Shown here in pieces: positions 11,866-25,061 of a DNA stretch of 64,000 bases (its first letter is position 1; each line of letters opens with the position of its first letter). The DNA is taken from NCBI GenBank assembly GCA_907165135.1, contig OU015567.1:7130001-7194000 (forward strand), read 5' to 3'. The notes under the pieces were generated by a model. It ran no database searches and was not told the origin of the DNA. It was given only the letters and a program-made list of their open reading frames with translations. The DNA comes from Oikopleura dioica (Eukaryota > Animalia > Chordata). A program made the translations under genes and the position numbers.

Positions 11866-14800
11866 ATGCCGAAAAAGGACGAGTCATCAGGGGACGAGTT
11901 CGTTCCATCCGGCGAGGAGGAAAATTCAGCGCCGGAGAATCAAGGATCTGACGAAGAAGAAGAGGCCGAGCAGGAAGATGACTTCGACCCTTATCAGCCG
12001 AGAAAGGCAAAATTGAATAGGAAGAATATTGTAGAATCTGAAGGTACTCCCCTTTCCCAAACTCCTTTACTCTATCTTCTTTTAGATTCGGATAAACTAT
12101 CGACAGATCCGGACAACTCGGATGAATACGACCCTGATGAAAAGAAGTCCAAAATGAAGCGATCGGCAAAGCACGCAGATTCGGACTCAGATGATCAGCC
12201 GAAATTCACACCATCACCTAAGAAGAAAAAAATTGTCCAGAGAAGAAGAAGGCCGCCACGCAGGAGGCCTGTTTCAGAGTCAGACACGGAAGATTCAGCA
12301 AGTACCGCGACAGAATCAGAAAGTGATGAAGCCGAAGCGTCTGATAAATCGCCCGCTGCTCCGACGGGAAATACAGTTGTCGATCAATTACAAGCGAAGT
12401 TTCCCGATGTTCCAAGATCTGATATCACTAGAGGTAGGTTCTTTTCAATATCCTTCCTTCCCTTATCATTCAGTTTACTATCAATCCTCCTGCCAAATGG
12501 ACAAGGCAATCGCGTACCTCACAAACGAATACAGTCCGAGCAAATTTTCAAAGCCAAAAGTTGAAAACGGAAGCAGAAGAGTCCCTGCTAACGGCCCTGA
12601 TTTGAGCGAAGAATCAGAAGAGAGCGAGGACGAGAACGAAAAAACAAACCTGCAATCTGAAGAAGACCAAGAGAGTGAAGACGAAAAACCTGTTGTAAAG
12701 AATAAACGAAAAGTAAGTGCCCTGAAGATATTACCCTTTCCCCCGCTTGAAGCCGTGTGAGTCTTGAAATCAAGGAAGAGAACCGATTTCCCCACGTGAT
12801 TACGTCATCAGACGTAATAACTAATCCAGAAGGTTCGATAGAACATTCTAGTAGATCATTGCGGGGTTTTTCGTCAGTAAAAAGAGGATTTTTCGAAACT
12901 TGCAAGTTTGATTTTTCAAGATGGTTATTGAGAAAATACGGAGTCAGAGTAAAGAGGCAAAGTTTATTCCCTATCACATGGTGGTAAAGCGGGCTAAATC
13001 GCCTGTACAGTGCTTGAAGACGAAACAGGTATTCATAGTAATTTTTCTTCTGCGGATTTCGAACTCTTTATGGAATTATATTCGTTGACCATCGAGAGAG
13101 GCACAGTGGTCCATATCATGTCGTTTCATTTCATATTGATATTTTCTTGATAATATCTTAGATTTCTTAAAATTTTATTCCAAAATTTTCACGGCGTCTT
13201 CATAGCGTTTGATAGTAAATGATTCGCGGTTTCATTTTTTTGTCTCTGATATCTTCAAAACCTTTCCTATTTTTATATACCAAAAAATCAATTAAAAAAC
13301 TGCCACGCAGCTTTAGAATTATAAATCGATCGATTTTCCAACGATTTTAGGCTCTAAATTCTTCCGATGAAGAATGGTGTCCCGCTGCGAAGAAGCAAAA
13401 GACAAAATCCTCCAAGAAAAAGCCAAGCGTCAACTCTCCAGCTCTGACGACGATGAGAGACCAACAGCCCGTCGCGACGAATCTGACATGTCCGATGGTG
13501 GTGTCGATGACGATTACTCCGAAGACGAAAAGCCGGCTAAAAGATCAGCGTCGGCGGAAAAGCCGCTGCTGAAATTTCTCAATTCGGCTTCTGCTCCGGA
13601 ACTCGCGATCTTGAAATCCTTTTCGGACAAAAAGATTGAAATTGTAATGGAGTTACGACCATTCTCGAGCTTTTTGGACATCAAAAAGAAGATCGAGGCT
13701 TATAAAAGTGATCTGAAGGTAGGGAGAACTGTTTAGAAAGAAAAATAACAGTTCATAGGACAAAAGAGCCACGGTTTTAAACAGCTTCAATATTGACTCC
13801 CTTGCCGATAGTGTGGAAGAGTTCCTGAAAGGCCGCGACATGGTCGTCAGTCTTCTTAAAAAATGCCAAAGCATGGGCAAAAACGTCACTCGTGGACTCC
13901 AACGAGAAGGTGGTGGACTCATGATTGAGAAGCCCTCCCTCATGGCTGATCACTTGGTCCTCAAAGACTACCAAAAGCGAGGACTGCATTGGTACACGCA
14001 GATCCACCAGTTGAAAATTGGTGGAATCTTGGCCGATGAAATGGGGCTCGGAAAGACTGTTCAGACAATCAGCTTCTTTGCTTGGTTGAAGGAACATTAT
14101 CCGAACTTCACGAAGCCGCATTTGGTTGTGTGCCCGTCTTCGACGATGGACAACTGGAAGAGGGAGTTTGAGTGCTGGTTACCAAGGTAGATTTCGAATC
14201 GAGAGGCGTAACTTTCATTTATTCGTTTTCAGCTTTAAGATCTTCATGTACCACGGCGAGGACCGGCGCCACCACCTCAAGCGCATCATCAAGGCAAAAT
14301 CGGAGCCGCACAAGGCGGAGGACTGCCATAAGGATATCGACGTTATCATCACGACCTACACCTCTAGCAACTCACACGAAGCCGATCGCGTTGGAATCAA
14401 AAAGCTGGGCGTCGGCTATGCGATCTTCGATGAGGGTCACATGTTGAAAAACATGAACACGAATCGTTATCAGCAACTGATGAGAATAGGCGCGCGGAGA
14501 AGAGTTTTGCTCACAGGAACGCCGCTTCAGAATAATCTGCTGGGTGAGCAATAAAATCATATTTATTGACTGATTGATTTTTTAGAGCTGATAAGTCTGA
14601 TCAAATTCCTGATGCCGGACTTGCTTCAGAAGTCGTCAAACACGCTGCAGCGGATTTTCAAACTACGGAATCAGGAATCTGAATTCGCTAAAAAGCAGGT
14701 CGCCGAGTGCCGAACTATTCTCCAGGTAGAATATCCTTCGATGTTCCCCTCTATCATGATCTTAGCCCTTCATCCTCAGAAGAGTAAAATCGGAAGTGCT

Positions 14801-16116
14801 CAAGGATCTTCCTCCAAAAACATCGGAAGAACTGTACGTTGATTTAACGTATCAGCAAAAGATGTTTTACATGGAGATCAAAGACCTTCTTCGTTGTAAA
14901 TTGTCGACTACGGAAAAGAAGGAGCAGGGAATCAGAGACATCAGGAACCATTTTATCCAGCTTCGAAAGGTAAGACTCGCTGAATCTAAATGCGGCCTCA
15001 TAATCAATTGAAGGTGGCAAACCATCCTCTTCTTCACCGAAATCACTACACTCCCGATATCCTCCGCAAAATGGCCCGCACCCTTTGCGATAAGGAACTG
15101 AAGAAAGAAGGAAATGTCGACTACGTCTACGAGGACCTCGAAGTGATGTCCGACTTCCAAATCCACGAGACGTGTGAAAAGTACGCGTCGCTGAAGAAGT
15201 ACCGGCTCAAGAAGGACGATATCCTGAACTCCGGCAAGTTCAAAGTCCTAGATGAATTATTGCCGAAGCTCTTTGATCAAGGCCATCGAGTGCTGCTCTT
15301 TTCTCAGTTTGTCATCATGATGGACATCATGGAACGATACTTGGTTAGTGAGACATTTTTCTTCTTTATCTAGTTTGTCTTCAGACCGCACGAAAGATCA
15401 AGTACATGCGCTTAGACGGATCGACTCCCGTGGAAGATCGTCTTGACATGATCGACACTTTCAATGCCGACTCGGACATCAATCTCTTCATGGTGTCAAC
15501 TCGCGCTGGTGGCCTTGGCATCAACTTGACATCAGCGGATACCGTCATTATTCACGACATCGATCCAAATCCCTACAACGACAAACAGGTAAACACTCCT
15601 CTTGCTCTTCAAAAAAAATTTTTCAAAGGCCGAGGATCGCTGCCACCGTGTCGGACAGACGAAACCGGTCAAGATCATCCGACTCATCGTCAAAGGTAAA
15701 GAAAGTCACTCATCTCCTTTGTTCTTATCCGAGTTTTTAGATACGATCGAGGTCCGTATGCGCAAATTGGCCGTCGACAAGCTTGCTCTGGAGTCGAAAA
15801 TGGACATGAATGACCGAATGGTCTACGGCGAGGGTGAGAAAGGCCCGGTTGAAGCTGAGGACGAGGATTCAAATGATGTGAGTCAGGCGGAAATGCTCGA
15901 TCTTCTCTCTGATAGCCCCAAGCCCGAGGCAGTGAAAGAAGAAGAATGTTCTGAGAACGAAGCGATGAAGGTAGACCAACTCACGCTGGATACACAGTCT
16001 CAGAGCTCGTCTATCAAAACCGAAGCAGAAGGTAGAACGATCATTTTTTGTGTGGTTTACCATCGTTTTTAGGTGAGAAGGAGCCGCTACGAGAGGTCCA
16101 ACCAAATGGTTCCTAA
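11866..16116 (+). CDS. SMARCAD1: SNF2-family chromatin remodeller SMARCAD1/Fun30, multi-exon
   Basis: Acidic N-terminus with CUE-like segment ([13 protein letters not shown]), [16 protein letters not shown] (Fun30-type DEGHMLKN), [35 protein letters not shown] and [11 protein letters not shown]. Confidence 0.9.
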
Positions 16117-16500
16117 AATATAGACTTTCATGTGTTCAACATGCGCAACATTCCAGTTTAACTGCCGTATACTCCCTCCATCCAACAATAAACTTTTAAA
16201 CAACCAACGTGTTCAAAACCACTCTGCCAGACCTAAACGAAGGTTAACTAGGAAAACTTTAACATGCTAGAAAGCTTCTTTTAATATGCTAGATTATTTT
16301 TCATTTTGACGATAACCGACTCTTACTGCTCTGAACAAGCGCAATACTGCCCTCATGTGTTATTTTTTCTTAAATTTTACTACCGATTTTATTCGACGAT
16401 GTCCTTAAATATTTCCTGCATCTCAAATCTCGCTGAAAATAGACCCACAAAGTAATTAAATACTAATGCCCTTCTACTCACGATTTCACTCTAGAATAAC

Positions 16501-17221
16501 ATGTGGGACATCGTCTTATCGTATACGAATGAACGAATCGACTTCAAAGTCGACCCAGAGTGGTCGCTAGAAACTCTATTTTCGAAAGTAGAGGACCTGC
16601 TTGATGTGCCAACGACGAATATGAAATTGATCGTCGCCGGAAAGGGGCTTCAGAATGTGGCGGATCAGAAAGTTGGAACTTCTGGCCGGGTTTCTAGAAG
16701 TAGTCTTTTGTGTTGTTGAGGGTAGGATTTGAGGAACCCAGTGAAGGATAAAAGAAGGAGGAAAACTCATGGTCTTGGGAAAAAAGTGTAGCGCCGCTGA
16801 GGATGCAATCATCAGTCAGCTCAGGCCGCTCAGAAAAGACTTCGACAACAAAGTGGCTAAATTGGACCAAACAGGTTATCCTGATGATTTGGCTTCCAGT
16901 AACTAATTCTATTTGTAGCCGGGTCTGTTGAAAACTATGAAAAGGGTTTCGTCCAGGAGAAGAAGCGTATCGACAAAGAAATCATCGCCATCAATGAGTT
17001 CTTCATGAAAACGCTAGAAAAACTCGATGGTGTGTCCATTGCAGCCGATTTGAAAGCAGCTCGGCAGTACCGAAAGACTATGGTCAAGGTAAGTCTCATA
17101 ATTCAAGATGAAGATACATTAAAGGCAAATCAAGGATATCCAGGCGCAAATGGACCGTGCTGATTCTCTGCGATCAAGACTATCCTTCAGTCCGATTGGC
17201 GAATTCGCCACAAAAGAGTAG
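16501..17221 (+). CDS. BAG1: BAG family co-chaperone (ubiquitin-like + BAG domain), BAG1-like
   Basis: UBL (VEDLLDVPTTNMKLIVAGK...KLMVLGKK) then BAG helix bundle (EFFMKTLEKLDGV...RQYRKTMVKDIQAQMDRAD). Stop at 17219-17221. Confidence 0.8.
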
Positions 17222-17332
17222 ACTTTTGACAATTTAGTTCACTTTTCCCTTGTTTTTCCTTTGCGCGTGACATGTTGAATAAATCTTTAACTTTAAAGTT
17301 TGATCCTCTTTCTTGACCGCCCCTGCGCTAGA

Positions 17333-18895
17333 ATGCCAAAAGAACGTAAGAAGAAAGGAGCACGAAAGAACAACGATCCTCTGATCAAAAAGCCAAAGCC
17401 ACTCGGGCAAGAGCCAGTTGAACACATGGGAGATGGAGTTTTGATCAAAGATGTTGATCCATCGAAAAGTATGGATGCTGATGCTTATTTATTTCTTACT
17501 TTTTTAAGTCGGACAATCAATCGGGCAGTCAGGACCTAATTTTGTCGACCCAAAAATCACTCGTGGAATTCTTGAGGCAGCTCGGGAACAGCAGAAGGAA
17601 GAAAACCCGATTGGACTTGACGATGAAGACGAATTTCCAGCTCTGGGGGCTATTACAGCGAAAAATCCATTGGAAGATGATGACGACGAAGAATATGAGG
17701 ATATCGATGAAGAGGGCGAAGATGTGGAAGAAGTTGTGATCGACGGAGATGATGAAGAAGCCCTCGCGATGTTCTCTAAGGGAGGAGAGGTAGGATCAGT
17801 TTAAGAGGCAGTTTGTCTAAGATGATTTTCAGCGGCAAAATTTGGCCGATTTGATCATGGCCAAAATTGAAGCAAAAAAGCAGGATGTTCAAGAAATTGT
17901 TGGCGAAGACGAGGTTGGCTCTAACTTGCCGGAAGAACTCGTTATTCACTACCAACAAATCGGCAATGCCTTGGCTAATTACAGAAGTGGAAAGATGCCA
18001 AAGGTAAAATACCTTCAATTTGCAACGTCAAATAAAATGAATGAAAGTTTCATGAATCCTTAAGTCTTTCAAACTCATCCCTCGCCTGACAAACTGGGAA
18101 GACATCCTTGACGTCATGGCTCCTGAAAAGTGGTCGGCCGCCGCGATGTACCAAGCCACACGAATGTTTGCATCGAACATGTCCGAGGGTCTTGTCCAGC
18201 GATTTTACAATGTGTACCTCTTGCCTCGAATCCGAGACGATATTGAATTTTACAAAAAGCTCAACTTCCATTTGATGAGCGCGCTGAAAAAGGCAATTTA
18301 CAAGCCCGCTGCGTTCTTCAAGGGAATTCTTCTTCCATTGGTAAAAAAAATCATTGGAATCAAGGAAGACTAACTTCACTTTTCTAGGCCATGGCAGCAG
18401 ATACTTGCACCCTTCGAGAAGCAACAATCATCTGCAGTTGCCTGAGAGAACATTCTATTCCAGTCATGCCAGCGGCCGCCGCCATGCTCAAAATTGCTGA
18501 AATGGAGTACAACGGAGTCAACTCGCTATTTTTACGAACGCTCATTGAAAAGAAATATGCCCTGGTAAACCGATCCTAAATATGGGATTTTGACAGTTGA
18601 AATATTTTAGCCTTTCCGAGTTATGGACGCTTTGGTTTTCCACTTTCTCCGATTCAAGAACGAGAAGCGCGTCCTCCCCGTCCTCTGGCATCAGTGTTTC
18701 CTATCGTTCGTGTCAATATACGCAGCGGATATTTCGGCGGAACAGAAAGAAGCGCTCATGGAACTAACGAAGTTCCAGAACCACCCGAAGATTGTGAATG
18801 AAATCAGACACCAAATTCAGAGGACTGAACCGAGAGATATTGAAATGGAACAGCCTCCAGAGCATATTTTGGAGGAAATGATGATGGCTAACTGA
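17333..18895 (+). CDS. BYSL: Bystin / Enp1 (40S biogenesis), multi-exon
   Basis: [54 protein letters not shown] and [10 protein letters not shown]. Confidence 0.93.
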
Positions 18896-19006
18896 ACGAA
18901 ATAAAACAGACACAATTGTGAACTTATTGTTGTTGTTTTCTTGCTGGTTATCTTTGTGTTTAATTGAATCTTTATCAAAAGAGGAGTAAAAAGATTCAAA
19001 TTTTAG

Positions 19007-22000
19007 ATGAAGCGAAGTCGAGACTATGGCGCGGGTGTGGAAGTAGATCCATCCGAAAAGCGCGGATGGAAGATCATCCACCAGTCTGTTGTCGTCACGC
19101 AAATCAGTCTCCGAATGCGCTCGCTCATGGCGTTTGTAGACTTGCGCATTCGCCCGCTCGATCGAAACTTGAAATGTAACTTTCTTCCTTATCAATTTTC
19201 AAAACTTAAAATTCACTAGCAATCAGATTGAACGCCCGTCAGTTGCGAATTTACTGGGTTCGTTGCGACGATATCGTCTGCAAGTTCGGCTACGTGGATC
19301 CCAGCTCAAAACTCGCCCGAACCGACTTTCCTCAAAAGAACCACACGTACATTCAGCATTGCTACGAGTCCGCGATCGCCGAATCCGATCCAGATCGAAA
19401 CCACGGTGAGCTGAAGATTGACCTACCACCTGAGATACTCGAGCGGATTCGAAACAATCCCGAATCTCCTCCAACGCTTTCTATTACAGTTGAATACACG
19501 CTTGAAAAGCCCCGTGGAGGTCTTCAATTTATCCAGGGTCCGAACGCCCATTGCTACAGCTATGGCGAAAGTAGACAGTGGTTTCCCTGCGTCGATACGA
19601 ATACTGAACTTTGCACTTGGACCCTCGACTTTACCGTTGATGCGAATTTAACAGCAGTTTCTTGTGGAGAACTGGTGGAGACTGTTTTGAGCGAAGACAG
19701 TAAAACGAAAACCTACCGCTACAAATTACTCGTCCCCACTAGCGCTCCGAACATAGGACTGGCCATTGGAAGCTTTGATATTCACGTGGATCGGGCAATG
19801 CCTGAAATGACGCATTTCTCCATCGCTGGACTGGTCGATTCCCTCGTGTTTTCAACCAATACAACTTACCAAGTCATTGAGTACTTTGAGGACCTTCTCT
19901 CCGCCAGATTCCCATACGCTCTCTACAAGCAGGTTTTTGTCGAGCGATTGCCAGACAAATTCAAGTCCTATAGTTCGATGACGCTGTATGATACTAATTT
20001 ACTTTATAATGAGCGAGTCTTGGACCAAGGAAAAGAGGATAATTTTTTATAATTTTTATTTACAATTTGAATGAAGGGTTTACAAGACCTCTTGGGAGAG
20101 GTTTAGGAGAATCAACATGTACAAAAGTAGAGCGGTCGATCGTAGCAAAAAGCGATGAATCGAAATGATGGTCGAAAGAGGGGTTGATAACTCCCTTCTT
20201 CGTCAAGCAAGGAGATGGGTAGTGGTAGAAAGAAGGAAGTTCCTTCTTAGTCGCTGATTCTTCGTTCGTTTTGCAAATGCAAAGAGACTCGAGGCAGAAA
20301 AGGAATCCAACGGTGGAGCAGTAGAAGCAAGATTCGGTGGTAGAGGTGTTCATGGATTTGATTGTTGTTTTTTGATTGATGAGTTCTATCGCTAAAATGA
20401 TCGCTTATATACCCGGAAGTAAGGCGCTATAATGAGCGATCGCTATCAGCGCGCAGCAGATTTCGCGGAAAGCAGCAGGCATCAATCGGCGAAATGAACA
20501 TTCGTGACATGACTGGAACAGCTGTGCGCTTTCATTTTTTGTTCATCCCGGCTGGATATCTTTGAGTCATTACTGTTCCTTACCCCTTTGAAGTTTTGTC
20601 GGAGACAAGTTTTTATCCTCATGAAAAGTCATTCCAACGCGGAAAATCATCGCTAGAGCAATTGCAGCTCAATTCTTTGGTTGCTTCATGGTCGCTGGAA
20701 AGGATGGAAACTGGTTGCCAGCGGCGATTGGTGGTTATTTGAACTCACTTTGGCTGAGGAAGACATTTGGAAACTCTGAATATCGGTATTTCATTTACGA
20801 TGAGACGCGGAAAGTCTGCGCGTATGAAGAGAAGGAAACTCCAATTGTTCTGGCCAACAGTTTCTCAAATCAAACAGTTCGGCACAAGAAAATGGTAGCA
20901 AAGAAAGGCCACCTAGTCCTCCGAATCCTTGAAAATCGTCTCACAACTTCACTTCTTCTCCAAGCCATCAACAAACTTCTTGCTATTTCTCGCGACTCAT
21001 ACCTCAGAACAGAAGGAAAGCTTCTTGCAAACAAATCTGGGAAGTTTGAGAAATCGCCGCAAATCATTTCTTCAGTCAGTTTTTTGAAGTTTGTCGCTTC
21101 TGTAACCGAAAAAGATGTGAAAGACTTGTTGGATCTGTGGGTCCGCCGTGGAGGAGTGGCGAATATTGTAGCGTCATTTTCTTTTCAGCGAAATAAGAAT
21201 ACGATAGAAATAGAATTGAAGCAGGATCGATCTGGGTCGGTCAGATACGTTGGTCCAATGACAGTGAGGGTTCAAGAACTCGATGGTACTTTTAACCACA
21301 CGATTCAAGTTGAAGACAAGACAAACAAGATCTCGATCAGTTGTCATTCCAGAGCGAGGAGAAATAAGCGAAAGAAGATACCCCTGCTGAACGGAGAAGA
21401 AGTTGACATTGATCTTTCCCAGAGCGACCAAGATTCACCAGTTCTTTGGATTCGACTCGATCCAGACTGTAATTTATTGAGAACAATCGAGCTCAGACAA
21501 CCAGACTACTGCTTACAGTACTTGGTAAAATACGAGCGAGAAATCATTGGCCAATTAGAAGGAATCGAACATCTCAAAGACTATCCAACAGACAATACAG
21601 TCAAGTCACTGAAAGAAGCCGTGGAAAGCTTAGATTTCTTCTGGAGAGTGCGAGTTCGTGCAGCAGAAATGATGGCTCGTGTGGCAGATCAAATGCCAGA
21701 TCCTGTTCCTGTAAAAGACGCTCTATTATCGGTGTTCAAAAGCTACTTCTGTTTGTCAGATACAGTTTCGAAAGAACGTCTGGTGCGGAGAAACGACTTT
21801 TCGAATTTTCAACAGTATTTCGTCCAGTGTGCAATTCCATTGGCCATGTCGAGAATACGACTCTCATCGGGGATGACTCCGGCTGGCGTTTTTACGTTCA
21901 TTGCGAATTTGATAAAGGTAAATTTTCTTTTAATTTTTCAATTCACATCCTTCGTTTCAGCACAATGACAACTCAAAAAACGCGTACCTTGATTGTCAAT

Positions 22001-22840
22001 GGAAGGCAAATCTGGTCACAGCTCTTTCTAACACACTTTGCCGCGCTGTTGTAGCACAGAAGCTTTCGTCTGTTTCAGAAGAGGCAAAAGAAGTTATCGA
22101 GGAAGTAATGAGAGTCATGAATACAGAATGGTTGCTGCCAACCTACAGACATGTGACTTTTATCGCTGCTATGACAGCGGTAAGAACCCTTCAACGACAG
22201 CAGCACATTCCACCTAGTCCAGAACTATTCAGGTTAGATTGATTTTGGTGTCATAGAAATTTAAGTCTTTTTCAGGCGTTTTTCGGAGAGCGACCAATAC
22301 AGTACAGTACGAGTAGCGGCGATAAAATGTCTGATAGACTACATCAAGACCGAGAAAAGCAACGCGCTGGATGATCTTACGAGACTTTTGCGCTTCGCTT
22401 CGAGTGATCCAGAAGCTAGAATTAGATACAAAGTCGTCCGTCTTCTCACCAAAACACCGCCTTTCAAACGAGGGTAAATCAGATTTCTCTTTCATAATTT
22501 CTATCGTGAGTCCTTCAGTGATTACAATAACAAATTGAATTGTCCATTGATCCGGCAACTCATCTGGCAGTTGATTTCTGAGGACTCTGCTTGCGACGCC
22601 AGAGTTAGACTTGCTGGAATACAGCTTTGGAGGGTTTTGTTCGGCGATGCCGAATTCGACAGGGATAATAAAGTCGTTGCTAATGTAAGACTATTAACTT
22701 CTCTACAAATTGCTTATTGGTTTCTTTAGTCGCAAGGGTCAGACGACGAAAGCAAGAAGAAAAAGAAAAAGAAGAAGAAAAAAGAGAAGAAGCTCAAAAA
22801 AGATCGCGAAAAGGGAGAGACAGATTTGAACTTCTTCTGA
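19007..22840 (+). CDS. TAF2: TFIID subunit 2 (aminopeptidase-like fold), multi-exon
   Basis: HQSVVVTQI, LNARQLRI, SRQWFPCVDTNTELCTWTLDFTV, PTSAPNIGLAIG, WIRLDPD, FWRVRVRAA and poly-Lys C-terminus. Confidence 0.92.
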
Positions 22841-22936
22841 TTGAAACTTACTCTGCATTCAAAATTTCTGCTGACGCTTCTTTTCACTACCATTCGATAA
22901 AAATATACTTTCAAATTATAATTCTTGGATTTTAGA

Positions 22937-24802
22937 ATGGAAGAGTTTGAAAGTTCAATACACAATTGTCTCGCGGGTGATGAAGAGTTGACAGCAATTT
23001 CTACGCGATTTTTTAACATTCTTCAAGACGAGGAAAACGAGCTCCTTGTTGAGAACTTCGACGATGAACAGATTTTTCAACAGATCGAGGTAGCCTAATC
23101 CAAGTTTTAGAGTCATTTTGATAAGTCTTTTTTAGCATTTGTATACAAAAGAAGTGATTGAAAATATGGAAGAATACAGATGCTTGGAAATCGAGTCGGA
23201 CTCGGAAGCAGAAGAAGAGCAAGAACTGATAAGTGACGAGCCTAAGCAACAGGGTTCTCTTTCAGATGGAACGGAGCTAGATCCTGAATTCGGATACAAC
23301 TCTGACGATAATGATGAAGGCGATGAAGACGATGATGGCGATGAAGAAGGCGGATTCAGCGATGCTGAGGGATCTGATGATGATCTCAAGGCTGCGCTGG
23401 AGCATTTTGATGATGATGAAGGAGAAACGAAAGGTAGTACTGTTGAAATTGATCCCAATCAACGATTGATTTAGGCAAGAGCTCCAGATCGGAAGATGAG
23501 TTCGAATCTCTCCGGGCTCAAAAGTCCGAAATCGACGATGAATTCTTCTCTCTCGCCCAGATGGAAAAGTACTGCGACGATATGGATCAGAAAGAAATGG
23601 ACGGAAACTTGGATGAACTGGACTCAGATCTGGAAGACGAGCTCTACGGCGATGGTACAGGGGCTGACGATGGCGAAGAAGAAGACGAGGACGACGATGA
23701 AGAGGCGGACAAGCCAATAATGTACGATTCTTTCTTCAAGTCTACATTTGAAAAGCGACAAGAAAAACTCGCAGAGGAGATCAAAAAGCTCGAGGACGAA
23801 GCTGTCTCCAAGAAAGCCTGGCACTTGCGAGGTGAAGCCACCGCTGAAGCTAGACATGAAGATGAACTACTTCAAATGGATCTTGACTTTGACGCTCAGG
23901 TTGATCTTATCTACATCCCAGATTAAAATTGTACTTTATACAGGCTCCTGCGGTAGCTCCGACAGCAGAAGCGACTGAAACCCTCGAGGCGATAATTATT
24001 CAAAGAATCAAAGACATGGGTACGCGACTACCAAAGATCGATAAGAAATTCAATTGAAATTCTAGCATTCGACGATGTCGAGCGAAAGTCACGTGCGATG
24101 ATTGAACCTGCTGAAGCTAAAGCGCGACTAGTTCCGGACGAAGAGCGAAAATCACTAGCCCAACTATATGAAAATGAATTTTTACAGGTTCAACTGTTTC
24201 CTGATTATTTTTTCTTATCAATGTTTCAGAAAGGACAAGATACAGACGAAGACCCAGTTCGAAAAGAAATCAAGAAGGACATGAACGACCTGTTTGCCGA
24301 ACTTGACTTTTTGACCTACGATACGACAGTGAACCAGAAAGAGGTGGAAATTAAGGTGATAAGCGATACTCCCGCCTTGCGCTCGGAGGAGATCGGCCCT
24401 TCGCTCGTCTCGACGTACTCTTCGATGGCGCCGGAGGAAATCGACGGAAAGGCCCGAGGCGCGTTTATGGACAAGAGCGAGCGATCTGCAACGGATATTA
24501 AAAGACACAGAAGAAAGGTCAAGGCAAAGATTAAAGCTAGAAAGGAAGCGGGCAAAGAAGTTACGTTTAAAAAGCCGAAAACAAAGGTACTCTTTTTCTT
24601 AGATTCAAATGCTAATTTTGATTAGTCGCAAGCGGACCTCAGACCCGTCGATGGTGCAAAGATCAAATGGACGAATTCGACAAAGGTCTTCAAAGCGCTG
24701 CAAGACGAAATCGACCACGGGACTCTTTCGAAAAAGGCCGCCTCGAAAGCGAAGAAGGAAAAAGTTTTGGAAATGCGAAAAGCAAAGAGTTTCAAACTGT
24801 GA
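22937..24802 (+). CDS. MPHOSPH10: U3 snoRNP protein MPP10, multi-exon
   Basis: Acidic blocks, KSTFEKRQEKL, KKAWHLRGEA, ETLEAIIIQRIKD..FDDVERK and MAPEEI...DKSERSATDIKRHRRKVK. Confidence 0.9.
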
Positions 24803-25061
24803 AAAATAATAAACTTCCTTTGAAAAACACACCTTTCACAAAAAATTGGAACATCATGTTAAGATTTCTCCAGTTTCGATTGGCCGGTACGCCAAATACA
24901 GCAATCTTATTGGTAATCTAAAAATGCACTTCCATAAATTGGTTTAGTCCTCAATTTATCACTCACAAGGGCCGTATTCTCTAGATTCTAGAAGTCACAT
25001 CTCAAAAATATTCTTTCTTCTCTATGCAAGTCAGACAAACTCGTAAGAAAATTAGGGAGGC

